From Anthoceros angustus (Eukaryota; Plantae; Anthocerotophyta): a stretch of DNA of 64,000 bases. A program made the position numbers and the translations under genes. This document shows positions 37,239-49,789 of the stretch, piece after piece. Below the pieces are notes generated by a model that did no database searches, was not told where the DNA came from, and saw nothing but the letters and a program-made list of their open reading frames with translations. How positions within the stretch are numbered: position 1 is the stretch's first letter; every line of letters begins with the position of its first letter. Where the stretch lies: assembly GCA_010909165.1 (NCBI GenBank), contig MU008161.1, positions 1,798,001-1,862,000 on the forward strand. Reading direction: 5' to 3'.

Positions 37239-39822
37239 ACGAGTTTTCATGGTGGTTCATAGATCTTGGTGGTTCATAGATCTTGTATGTTACATACTTG
37301 ATGACATCGGCCACGGACATTATTTTTTTCTCTGTATTGTACACATCAATGCCTCGGCATCTTCTAGATTCCATGGTATTGTATCATGCCACATTAGCTT
37401 GGGAAGGCCGTATGTGGCAAAAAAAGTTTCTATCACACAACTTGGCCATAGGCATTCACATCTTGTCATCCACTTTTTCTTCTGGCTGGTGTTGTTGCAC
37501 ACGCAAAACACATACAAATGTTATATGCACATGCTGGCTATGGACATGTTTGGCCCCCCACGCGAAGGCCCCGCTCATCTTCGCTCCTGTTTTTTTTTCG
37601 CGCCCGCTCACAAGAACGGTACACAATTTGGCCACAAAGAAATACGGATGACCCCGAGAGACAATGAGACATTGATTACATGAGGGAATTGTTGCGCGGA
37701 AGATAGCTCAAACTTTTGCCTAAAGATCCACACCCATCTGCATTAACTTTTGCTGTAAGCAACTATTCTGAAACTCTTGGTAGTTCGGGCACTTCGTTGT
37801 TTCACTAGTCTGGCTGGATTCGCTGCACAATTTGCTCTCGCATGTTGATTTGAGCTCGTTGTGAATTAACCAGGTCAGGGGAAGTGATGCAACAAAGTGT
37901 CATGGTATGATCCAAAGGACTGCATCCTGCACCAAAGCCAAACCCTAACCCGTAGCAAATCTTAAACCTACTCTCAAGAATAAAAAATTGTTGTGTCATA
38001 GGCATAAAGATTTGTGTATCACACACCTGCCAACAACGGTACACGGGGTGACAGCCCCCGTGGCCGATGCCGTTTGGGTGTGTGATCTACAAGTTTTTCC
38101 GCCGCATAACTTGTCATATGAACCATCATAAAAACCCGCCGACGAGAAAGATACACCATAGAGACAATAGGAATAACTGTATCAACCTAATATCAGGTAA
38201 ATGTTCCTTTTAGCTTCTTGCTTTCATTTGTGGTAGGGGTACGAGACACGGGGAAAGAAACTACGACCATGATGTGAATAAGGCAAGCGACATCGCCCAT
38301 AAGTACCACAAATGGGTAAGCTGCTCCACAAATAGCACAAATGGGGAGGCTGCGCCACAAACTCCAACGTGCTTTATGAGCTCTGTGCTTCATGAATGCG
38401 GATGTAGATAGGGTCTTTAAAAAGCGCATCCCGGGGGCCAAGATGTTGTTAGTTTGTCCCGATTTGCATGGTGTGTGCCCCTTTGGACAAAATAAAAATA
38501 TTCTTTTGTTATTATTGGAGCTAGAAATCCAAGATGAGGGAGACCATCATGGGGTTCTGTTTAGGTGCGAACTTACGCCGTCACTCTTGGTGTGATATTT
38601 AATGTTGACTGATTTAATTAGAGAAATAGCATTTCCGTTCCTTGCGATAGGTGTTCGAGGCGCCGAGGTGGCCGATCTTTGTCAACGGTAAAGAAAGCAA
38701 TGAGCATGATGCGCTGATCGTGTGCAGACGGGAAGCTAAAGTCGGAAACATATGTAGAGCCTGGAAATAGCCGCTCTATCCTACTTTCCGGCGAGGAGGT
38801 TGGAACAGCTAAAACTCCTCCCAAAATGGAACTAGGTCTAATAGTGCGGTTGTCGAAGTTTGACGACAGCGAAATGGGCGCCCAAAACGCAGTTCAATTT
38901 CAATTTTGAGGGATGCTCAAGCTTTGATCAGGCTTAATGCTCTCAAGCCATTCAGACGGTTGATCACGAAACAGAGGTCACGCCATGGCAGTTGGCGGGC
39001 TCTGCCAGCGCAACCACGTTCGGTAGCGGTGAGGTTGCAAGCCCAAATCCTTCCTCCTGTTTGCTCAAGTCCGCGCTTTCAGGCAGTTCCTGGCTCCGAC
39101 TACCTTTCGCACCTGTGCATTGCTGTAGCTGGCGGGACTTGTAGGCACGATCCAGCTACAGGTCCCTCTGCTTCACTGTTCCAGGTCCCCCTTGTTGCGT
39201 GCGCCGTCTCACTTCAACCCAGGAAATCTTGGCTGTCTCTTCCGATTTGCGCATGTCCAGAGGCCATGCGGAATGCCATGGCGTGAGCGGGTATGGAGTC
39301 TTCGGCTTGAGCCTTCAGGAGGAGGATTCTGTTCGAGGAGCCCGAAGTCAGGCGGGAGCCAGCGGACTTGTTCGAGATCGCGATTCGCGCACGAGTTGTC
39401 AGAGATACTGGATCGACATGCCTCAGGATTCGTTGCGGGCGCGTTCCTTGAATTCATCTGGCTTTGTACGATTTCAAATAGTTGTTGGAGCCTTATTTGC
39501 TAGTCTTGTCCATTTCCTTGCAGCTTTCGACTTGCTCCCTCGTGCTGACAGTTGGGCATGACAATTGGAGGCTTGTATGTAGACGGATCGTCGTGTGCGG
39601 ACGCGGCAGAAGCCAGAAATTGTTCTGCCAGGGCAATGCAGCGCCGTATCGAGGTCGTAGCCGCATCCCTTTCGGATGAGCAGTCCGCTAGCAGGCAGTT
39701 AGGAGAGGCAGAGGTTTAGCGAGGATGAGGATGGCATGAGGATGAATTAGTGGCCGTTGGGAGGATCCTGCGCCGGGTGGTTTGGAAGGAGTTGAGAGGA
39801 ATTGCTGAGCTTGGAAGGAGAC

Positions 39823-42607
39823 ATGGGATCCCGTCTCATGAGGTGGGAAACGAGCCAGAAATGGCGCTACGTCTCTCCCATCGACTGGGCGGCTGCGAAG
39901 GGGCAGGTGGATGTGGTGAAGGAGCTTCTGCGGATGGATCCCAACCTCTTCCGCAAACTCACCTCCCGCAAGCGGAACAAGAGGTTGGAGAGTATGTGGG
40001 ACGAGGGATCCTGCGTGGAAGCCAGGATGGGGAGAGCTTTGGTTGCCAGGGAGCTGCTCAGAGAAGATGCGTACAAGATTGACGTTCATGGAGGATGGGC
40101 TCTCTTTCTTGCGGTGGCAGCTGCGGATGTGACCATGGTGGAGACCCTGCTGGCTATGAAGCCCGAGCTGGCCAAGGGGCAAGGGGAGTACAAGAGTGCT
40201 GACTTGCTCACAGCAGCAGCGCAGGGTGGAAGCCTGCATATTCTCAGGTTGTTGATGAGTAACCACCCTGAGAGCAGGAGGAGCAAGGGGGATATGACCA
40301 GCGCGCTGCACGCAGCTGCGCTGGGAGGGATGGTGGATATCATGACAGAGGTGCTCCAGCTGGGAGAGGAGCACATCCAAAACCTAATCGTGGCCACCAA
40401 CAGCCACGGAGCTACTGCTCTGGATGCTGCAGCCAGTGCTGGGCACCCGCAGGTGAGCTTGCAACTTCTCTTCCGGTTGGTGCATTTTGTAAGACATTTT
40501 AGACTGGTAGATTGTGCTGTAACAGATCATGTGGTATGTGCAGGTGGTGCAGGAGCTGATAAGAATGCAGCCTGACATGATCCACCATCGGGATAACATC
40601 GGCAACACAGCTCTGCACACTGCTGCACAAAGAGGTCATGTCATCGTGGTGGAGGAGCTGCTCAAGGCCGACAGGCTCCTCATCGATGTGACAAACGACA
40701 GAGGGGACACCCCGTTGCATGTGTCAGTCTACGGCCCGTTTCACCCGCCGGGAGAGCAGGGATTGCAGAGGGCTTTGAGCGTGGTGAATTGCCTCATCAC
40801 TGCAAAGCCAGATCTGGTGAACTGCAAGAATAAGGAGGGGAGAACGGCTCTGCACTTTGCCGTGGGCTTCGCTTACAGCTACAGTGCGGAAATCGTGAAG
40901 ACTCTGCTGGCAGCTCCTGGAATCGACCCTTGTGCTGTGGACAATGAGGGGATGACTGTGCTGGATGTTGCAAGGGCGTCGTTGGTGTCCGAGGAAGTGA
41001 TTGATCAACTGAGGTCAGCAGGAGTAAGCAGCGGTGACTTCAGGCCTTCAGAGCTGAAAGGTCAGAACAGCGGGGACTCGGAGAATCAGGATACCGGTCC
41101 CCCCAGGCTGCCCAGCAGGAAACGGTTCAGCGTCTCCTCCATCGCATCCAGCGAGGATGTTTGGCAGACGGAGAAACCTGGGCCTTCAAGTGAGATGCAT
41201 GTCCTCCCCAGGCCTCCCAGTGGCGCTAGCAGGCATGAGAGTGCATCCCTTCATTCATCTGCCGAAGTCGGAGCTCCAACAGGTGTGGCAGAGACTTCCA
41301 AAGCAAGCATGGGGCCTCCGAGCAGGACGCACAGCAGGAAGCTGAGCGTGAGTGGGTCGTTGAAGAAGGAGAACCTGAACATCAACACGGTTCCCCGGCC
41401 TGGGCCTGGGCCTGGGCCTGAGCCAACCCTCTCTGCTGCTGCTTCTGTGGCTTCCAATCACCTATTCCAGGTGCAGGTGCAGGAGCTGTCGCCAGCCATG
41501 TCTGTCATCACAAATCCGATAAGTGAGCTGCATCTGCACACAGGTGATGAAGGCACAGATGAGCAGCCTGCTTCGTCCTTGAGGCAGGCCATGTCGTTCA
41601 CAGCCAAAGGAGGCGTGGCCGAAGCAGCCAGGGCCAGGAGGCCAGCCAAGCTGCCACTCCCTCCTCCAGAGACACAGGGGACGTGGGCATCTGAATCCCC
41701 GCGGGACAATTTCAAGCAGAGTCAAGTCCAGAGGGGGAATTCGGTGGCAGAGTCGTATCCTCTATTCGTCTATCAGGATGCAGCCGGGCCTGACAAGAGG
41801 ATGGAGAGCGTCATCCAGATCGTGCCACCTTCAGCCCCTTCCACGCCGTCATCTCGTCTGTCGGGAAAAATGTTCCACGACAGTCAGCATTACAGCGTTA
41901 CCAAGGGAGGTAACAACAATGGCGGGACTCTGGTGGGATCCTCTCCGTCCTTCCAGTACGCAGCCGAGCTTCACCTGGAGACCTTCAATAAGGAAATGCA
42001 TCGGCAAAGGGTTCACGGCTCCATCAACACAGTGCTGGTGGTGGCAGCGCTCATCGCTGTCATCAACTTCGCAGGCCTGATGGCTCCCCTGACAGAAATC
42101 AAAGCCTCTGGCACTGCCTCCACCAGCACCGAGGTTGTCGACCACGCTGATATCTCTGTGTACTATATCTACTACGGCGCGGATGCTCTTGCTTTCCTCA
42201 TCGCTCTGTTCTCTGTTCTGCTCTTGGTGACAGTGGTTCCGGTGCAGCCCAAGTCTGCGGAGTTGCTTCTGTCTAACGCCAACAAATTGGTATGGGTGGC
42301 AGCCGTGTGTACTGTTGTGGCATTCATCGCTGCAGTGAACATCGTGGCTGGTAAGCATTATCCGACTCTGGCATGGGCCATCTCGGGCGTGGGCATCCTG
42401 GTATGCGCACTTCACTTCGTGGTGATGCTCTACTTGATGGCCAAGTTCTGCCGATCAGGCAGGAATGGAGTGAGATTGTATCAGATGGCATCCGACAAGG
42501 GAACGGAGAAGCACCAGGCTTCTCCAGCCTACCAACTGAACAGCAAGATCAAGGACTGGCCAGAGCAGACTAGCTTTCTCGATGATTCCCGCAGCTCTTA
42601 TGTTTGA
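39823..42607 (+). CDS. Ankyrin-repeat protein with a long disordered linker and a C-terminal multi-TM (PGG-like) domain
   Basis: join(39823..40452,40544..42607). N-terminal RWET...SPIDWAAAKGQVDVVKELL...LTSRKRNKRLESMWD. Ankyrin repeats (GNTALHTAAQRGH, GDTPLHVSV, GRTALHFAV). C-terminal INTVLVVAALIAVINFAGLMAP...DALAFLIALFSVLLLV...LVWVAAVCTVVAFIAAV, about four hydrophobic helices. Confidence 0.9.
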
Positions 42608-43284
42608 TGGCTCGCACTTTGTACAGGTTGATTAGGGCACCAGCTGCACTCACCTCTTTAGCTTCTCTTTTCTTGGGTCATTTCCAAGGCTGCACTCACC
42701 TCTTTAGCTTCTCTTTTCTTGGGTCATTTCCAAGGATGCACATCACGGCGATCTAGCTCATGCTTCACCTACTTTCAAGCCCTCGGAATTCTACATCTCC
42801 CTGGTCATGTACGTGCGCCGGGCCCGGCAGAAAAGGAACCATCGCTTCCAATCCACCAGGTACTGTGGGCCCTCCAGCAAGTGCAGCGGAGTGCTGGGAT
42901 TCACGTGACATCATATGACGTCCGGTATTCCATTCCATGAGATCATTCGCAACAACATCGTATACTTATGTAGCTAGATGGGTATGTTTAAACAAGTTTT
43001 GGTCACGCTGTGCGAATCTTCACAGTGAAAATGGAGGGCCTCCCCGGCGGATTTGCCAAGCCCGTGGGCTTGGCAGACTGGCCACTAGTCTGCCCCACCG
43101 TGGAGTCCGCGTAAGTCTTAACAAAAGCTGCAGCATCTGCTTGCCACAAAGTTTGCGTTCACACTTCACCGCTCATCAAGCTAAGCAATGTGTGAGTTCA
43201 CTGGGAGGGACTGAAGCTTCGTTGCATTGTTGGAACCTGCACCGCAACCGCCACTCCAATCTCCACCCATTGTCACGCCCATAG

Positions 43285-43662
43285 CTGCGCTTGCTGGTCG
43301 GTGTGGAGCTGGTACTGGGAGCGGAGGGGGAAGCGTTCGGGATGAAGCGCTTTCGCAAGCATGGCTATGTGTTTAAATCGCACCTGTTGGGGACTCCGTC
43401 TGTGTTTTTCATGGGTGCCGAGGCGGAAAAGCTGCTCATCCCCAGCGAGGACAAGCTGGTTCAGGCGCACCAGTTCCTCCCCACGAGGAAGATATTTGGC
43501 CCCGAGTCCGTGCTCAACGTGCACGGCCCCAGGCATAAGCTCTATTGCAAAATGCTCGAGAGCATTAGAAGGTATCTGCAGGTGATGGAGCAATCGGCTC
43601 TCGAGACGCTGAGCTCCTGGAAAGTGGGCAACGTACCCGTCATCAGACACGATATCCCCAAG
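43285..43662 (+). pseudogene. Cytochrome P450 (CYP85-clan-like) N-terminal exon; rest of gene not found
   Basis: KRFRKHGYVFKSHLLGTPSVFFMGAEAEKLL...KIFGPESVLNVHGPRHK...ALETLSSW matches the first-exon region of CYP85-clan enzymes. GT donor at 43663. No membrane anchor upstream and no I-helix or heme motif downstream. A Copia LTR starts about 90 bp later. Confidence 0.7.
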
Positions 43663-43749
43663 GTGCCTGCACCACAATCGGGCTACTCTTGCCCATTTTC
43701 TGCAAATTGCAGTCTCTGTGAGCTTGTGGTTCTAACATGTAGTTGCTGA

Positions 43750-46700
43750 TATTGGAGTATGTGCCATAGGTCATAGATTAGCCTAATAAGTAGACTGATT
43801 AATTAATTCATCATTAGTTACTAATGTACTAGTGGTTATAGACATGATCCCAACCGCTGCATACGAGACCCTTTAATGTCATTTCACTTGATTCACACAC
43901 TTAATGAAACATCTTTCGTGCTTCTCGCGCTGCATACGACACCCTTTAATGTCACTTCACTCGATTCACGCGCTTAATGAAACCATCTTTCGTGCTTCTT
44001 GCTCCTGCTATATGGTATTAGAGCTAGCTGCTCTGCTGCATCACGTTAACCACATGATCCTTTGACCGCCCACTATGCCTCGCAAACGCACCCTCGTTAG
44101 GCCACCATCCCACCAATTCGTTTCACTCCCTAAGCAAACCATCTCCAATGATTGCATGAATGATTTCAAGCGCATAGACTGCTCACCTGCACCACGTTTG
44201 GTCCCACATCTCTCCACACACCCCTGTCAAGGACAAAATAAGCACCCGACTGTTTGGTCCCACATCTCTCCACACACCCCTGTCAAGGACAAAATAAGCA
44301 CCCGACTCTTAGGCCAATTTCACCACCTAGCCCGGAACACACTCACGCCTTTCGGTCAACACGTCCACCGACCCCTTCTGCCATCCCTAACCACACCAAG
44401 CTTCAACTCCTGTACATCGAGAGCCAACTTGAGAACCTCACCAAGATGGTATCAAGCATCAAATTAGATTATACACCTGCACCACGCAGTCATCGCCTGT
44501 AGCCACACTTAAACACAACCTTAGGAAACATGCCCGATTTGCTCTTTTCCCCGAGACACCTAGGCAAGCGAAGCAAATAGGGTTAGTCTTCACCCACGCC
44601 ACTCATGGCATCTTTCTCTACACCCAACACCATAAAAATTGACTTCCGTGACCGGGACAGATTCAATGGAACGGACTATGAAATTTGGCAAATGCAAGTT
44701 ACCTCAATCCTGGAGGAGTGTGAGCTGATGGGAGTCACCGATGGCTCCGAAGCCGACCCTTCAATGGTAGCAAACCCAGTAGCCGCTGACGTCTGTCGCA
44801 CGAGGTAAGCACTTGAATTCATATAAGCACTTCCTTGACCAACAACCAAGCAAACAAATCTAATACTCAGATATATAGGTGCAACAACAGGAGGAGTAGC
44901 TCGCACATCGTGGCATAAACACACTCTCCCCACGAGAACAACACGCAAATTCCTCACACATCGCTCTCGGAGTCATAGCTTTGGCCTCCTCACAACACCC
45001 TTGCATTGCATATCTAGAGGACAAGCTATGATCTGAGCTTGTCCTCAATGGAAGGGTCGATATATACTAGCCCTTGGCATCAGCATATTCCTAAGATATC
45101 CTATTGGCATCAGCATATGCCGGAAATATCCTAAGAATACACTATAATATACAAGGAATATGCCAAAGCATATTACTTGAGCTTATCCACTTAGCTATTG
45201 TATCCTAAGAATACACTATAATATACAAGGAATATGCCAAAGCATATTATATTACTTGAGCTTATCCACTTAGCTATTGCTAACCATGTTTAATTAACAC
45301 TAATCAATGCTTAAATAGCATAAATACCTTAGATTAATTAACACTAATTACTTACTTAAAGATAAGTAATTAAATTAATTAGTGCTAATCAAATACTAAA
45401 CCCAAGTGCAGAGATTAGTATCACACGACATGACACGTCCTGGCTTACTAGAAGAAGGATAGGAAGGCCCATGCCATCCTCATCTCGGTCCTGGACAAGA
45501 GCATGCTACAACACACACAAGGTCAAGCAAGCGCTCAAGGAATATGGACAGCGTTCAAAGACATGTTTCAAGCCAGCAGTTTACTATCACTGGTGAATGC
45601 AACACGGAACTTTTACAGCCTGCGCATGAAAGATTCTGACACAGTGGAACAGCACGTGAGTAAATTTCGGTCCCTGAGGGCCAAATTGGCAGCGAGCCGC
45701 ACCACACTCACCGAGCTCCAAGCAGCAGTGGTCTTGTTGACATCCCTGCCACCAGGGTACCGCAATTTCGTCACTTCCCAGAATGCAACTCTACGACAAG
45801 CAGCGCAGGCAGCCACAACCAAAAAGCCTTCAACCTACACTCTCACGGAGTTGGTAGGTGCCCTATTGGAGGAAGAGTCAAGCAGACATGGCGCCACAAG
45901 ACCCTCTGCAAGGTCGCCACATGTTCTTTACACATCCCGTGGACGCGGTTTTCGATGCGGCTCAAACCGCTTTAACCAGCCACCTCGGAGTGCGCCACCA
46001 TCTGGCCCCTACACACCAAATAACAATCAGAGACCTCCACAGCGGAAGAACAACAAAGGACCCTGCAAATGATGCAGGATACCTGAACATTAAGTTCGAA
46101 TGCAGAAAAAAGCTTGCGGGCGAGCTCTCAAGAGTGAAACTCTACTTTTGCAAGACGTGCTCCATGTCCCTAACATGAAAAAGAATTTACTATCGATCCG
46201 ACGCCTGGTAGCTGATCACTCACTTAGAATCACTTTCTCAGGTACGTCTTGTGAGATTCACAGTCTGTCGTCACCTTTACTCTTAGGGGTACTCTACTAC
46301 AAGGCCTGTATCATCTCGACATCTCTATAGATGAGCTCCACACCACAAACCATCCTATCTCACCATCTGGGACCCTACTATGGCACTGCCGTGCTGGACA
46401 CGCCAGCCACAAATACTTTAGCCAGCTATCCAACCCACAGATGTATAGGGATCCACTCACATGTTAGATCCACAACGACAGTTTTTGCGAGACTTGCCAA
46501 TATGGGAAACTGAACCAGAAGCCTTTCAACGATCCCCATCCAACTCGGGCTCTTCATCCTCTCGAGATTGTCCATTCGGACATTTGTGGCCCCATGTCAA
46601 CTCGATCCTTTGGAGGACACTTGTATTTCCTAACCTTTTTAGATGAGTGGACCAGATATTGCCACATCTATTTTCTCAGGCATAAGAGTGAAGCTCTGGA

Positions 46701-48720
46701 GCACTTCATCGACTTCGTTACCATGGCTGAGCAGCAGATCGGCTCCCCGGTCCGCAAATTGCGTACTGACAACGCAAGAAAGTACACCAGCATATCCTTC
46801 CGCGAGTTCTGCACCTCCTAAGGAATCTTGTGCCAGCTCACAATGCCACACACACCAGCGTAAAATTCTTTTGCTGAGCGTTAAAACCGCACCATTTTGG
46901 AGATTGCCCGCTGCCTCTTTAAGGTTTCTAGTCTCTCTCGAGGATATTGGGTAGAGGCTATCTCTATGGCCTACTATATTAACAATCGACTATCTGCTAA
47001 AGACCTTCATCAAACTACTCCTTATGCTCATTGGCATGATTCCCTTCCCCGCATATCACACCTAAGGATCTTTGGGAGCACAGCTTACGCTCATATTCAG
47101 GACTCTCCGCGAAGCAAATGAGACGACAAGGCAATGAAGCTCATTTTCATCGGCTATTCTGACGAGTTCAAGGGCTACAAGTTAGTTGATCCTTCCAATC
47201 ACCAAATCTTTTCCCGCAGTGTGCATTTTCATGAATATGGCCTCTTCCTTTCCACACCATCTCTTAACCATCAGGAAGCCGACCTCTCTGACAGCTTCTA
47301 TGTCCCTCTTGACCTTGAGGGGGACCCTATTGCACCTCAACCTCCTCAACCTGTTGTACCACCTCAACCACATCGTACTACCTGTTGTTCCACCTCAGCC
47401 ACAAGCTGACCACTTGCAAGCTCAAGAGTAACATGTGCCTGATTCCCCACTTCCTTTATTACCCATCGAGCACACAATACCAATAGCTCCTGATCCAGAG
47501 CCCCCACCTGCTGTCATCCCTGAACGCTGTCACTCCACCAGACCAAGACGCCCTCCTGCATGGCTGGACGCCTATGACCTATCCAACTCTTCTTCCTCAA
47601 CAACTGCAGCCCCACATGCCACGGAGGCATCCCCGGACACCACATCATCATCAGACTTAGCGGCCACATACCTTTTCTTAGCTGCCCAACAATCAGCCAT
47701 AGAATTACCCAACACTCCACGATCATATCAAGAGGCAATTAACTCACTCCAATCAGCTGAGTTGCGCCAGGCCATAGATTCAGAAAACCAATCCTTGATA
47801 GACAACCACAAACCGGAACTCGTGGACCTACCACCAGGCAGGAAGCCAATAACATGCAAGTGGACTTTTAAGCTCAAGCTCAACCCAAACGGCTCCATTG
47901 TCTGCTACAAGGCCCGTCTCGTGGCCCGATACTTTACCCAAATGCCAGGACTTGACTTCCAAGCTGACAACCTATACAGTCCTGTAGTAAAATCAACTTC
48001 TATCTGTATGCTAATAGCTTATGCAGCACAATATAAATTAATAATGCACCAAATGGACTCGAGGACGGCTTTCGTCAATGGCATCCTACATGAGCTCATT
48101 TTCATGGAGCAACTTGAAGGGTATGTCACCGACATGCACAAGGTATGTAGGCTACTTAGAGCACTCTACGGATTAAAGCAATCTGCCAAAGCATGGTATG
48201 AGGTCATAGATGCTTTCCTTATAGCATGCAGCTTCAAGCGTTTTCAAGCGGATCAGAATGTTTATCATCTTCGAGAGGGCAATAGCCTTGTCATTGTCGC
48301 ACTTTATGTGGACGAAAACTTTATATTTGGGAGTGATGATGGTATTATTCAAAAGGTCAAGGATTCACTCTCAAATAAATTTGATATCGTTGATGTTGGC
48401 CCCTTTCATCTTGCCCTCGGCATTCAATTCATATTATCCCCATCTAATTACTCTATCCGTATTCATCAAGAGCATTATGTGGACCAGCTCCTTAAGCGCT
48501 TCAACCTCTCCGAAGCCCGTCCATCTACCATACCAGTAGCCGCTAGATAAGGTGTCCCTACAAGATAGTCCTACTTCTTCCGAGGAGATTTCCGAAATGA
48601 TTCTATTATAAAAGTGTCCTTTCCCAGGAAACGATGTCGTTTCCTTCCAAAAAACAAAAGTCGGGATCGGAGCTGCAATAGCACACCTGTCCACTTTCCT
48701 CATCAGGTGTGGCTCCAGCC
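43750..48720 (+). mobile_element. Ty1/Copia LTR retrotransposon, degenerate and 3'-truncated
   Basis: Putative 5' LTR about 43750-44012. PBS tggtattagagc at 44013-44024 (tRNA-iMet type). gag (FNGTDYEIWQMQV; LLTSLPPGY), integrase (HSDICGP, FLDEWTRY, KLRTDN), RT (PITCKWTFKLK, YKARLVA, LRALYGLKQSAKAWY, LYVDE). Many stops and frameshifts. No RNase H or 3' LTR seen. Confidence 0.93.
44794..45435. mobile_element. 642-bp insertion, probably a solo LTR, nested in the Copia gag
   Basis: Termini TGTC...GACA flanked by a CGTC direct repeat (44790-44793 and 45436-45439). Removing it rejoins gag in frame. Confidence 0.8.
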
Positions 48721-49789
48721 GCCAATATGTGCAGTCTAGAACCAGCTAGGATACTTCGATGATAGGAACACCTCTGCGTACAATGAAAACTCGATTCAGA
48801 TGATCTACCATGGCCTCAGCCGGTGGAAAACGGTGGGAGGGAGCGCCAAGTCGGGTCGCTGGCAACCGAGCTGCTGATGGCACTGCGAACTCTATTGGAA
48901 TCTCTTCCTGTGCTCCAACAAAACCTCCCCTCTACTCCTCATCCGTCAAGAAGTGCCTCAGCCAACCAAGCCCATGAAAGGGCTCGCTGTGATGGCCTCA
49001 TCGAGAGTTCCTCAGCAGGGTCAATATGTTCATGAAGAATAGTAGCCAAGCGGCCCATAGGCCGTTCCAGTTCACTCACTAGCTCCGCGATATCGTGTAA
49101 TGGCCAGGCACAGAGGTTCATCCGACATAGTCAGCTCAATCTCTGCATCTGAGGCAACAGATTAGTGCGAACTTTAAGGATCATCTCAATCGCTGAGTTC
49201 CTCGGGATGACTGAGATGAGTTGCAAACTTTGCATCTCATCATCCTTAAAGGATGATGAGATCCCGCAGTGACGACTTTGTCCATCTCCGCCGTGCGTGT
49301 GGGATTCCCACTCGCCTCCACTGCCACTATCGCGCTCATGATGCATGGAGGCCGCCCTCTTCACAAATTGCACTGGTGCCAACACCTTGGAGGTTTTGGA
49401 TCCTTGACCCCTAGATCTCAAGAGTCCGCAAATTCACTTCTGCCCCCCTCTCCCCACCAATTCTCACAGAGCTGCACTAGGCAAGTTGGGTGATAATTGC
49501 AGGCCTGTATGCAATCCAATCTCAATTTAACCGGCCCAAGTCTAGGAGCAAGGAGAGGTCTTACGAATGCCTTCCTTTGCCACCTCTCTACAATCATCTT
49601 GGTCTCGACCATGGGCATGGGGCAGCAAGCAATTTACCATCTCCTTCCACCAACATCCCTGCTTGAATCCACTGCCTACCCCGATATTTCTTCAGGCGGC
49701 AAAGGCCTAGACCAATACCAGCCACCGTTACGGCCTCCCAAATTTGGCACAAAAGACCTTTCGCGGTGATTGAGGTGTGACCTCAATAC

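Noticed and set aside
48750-49700. Possible LINE ORF1 remnant on the minus strand
   Set aside because: Fragmentary frames with no diagnostic zinc knuckle or endonuclease motif that I could confirm.
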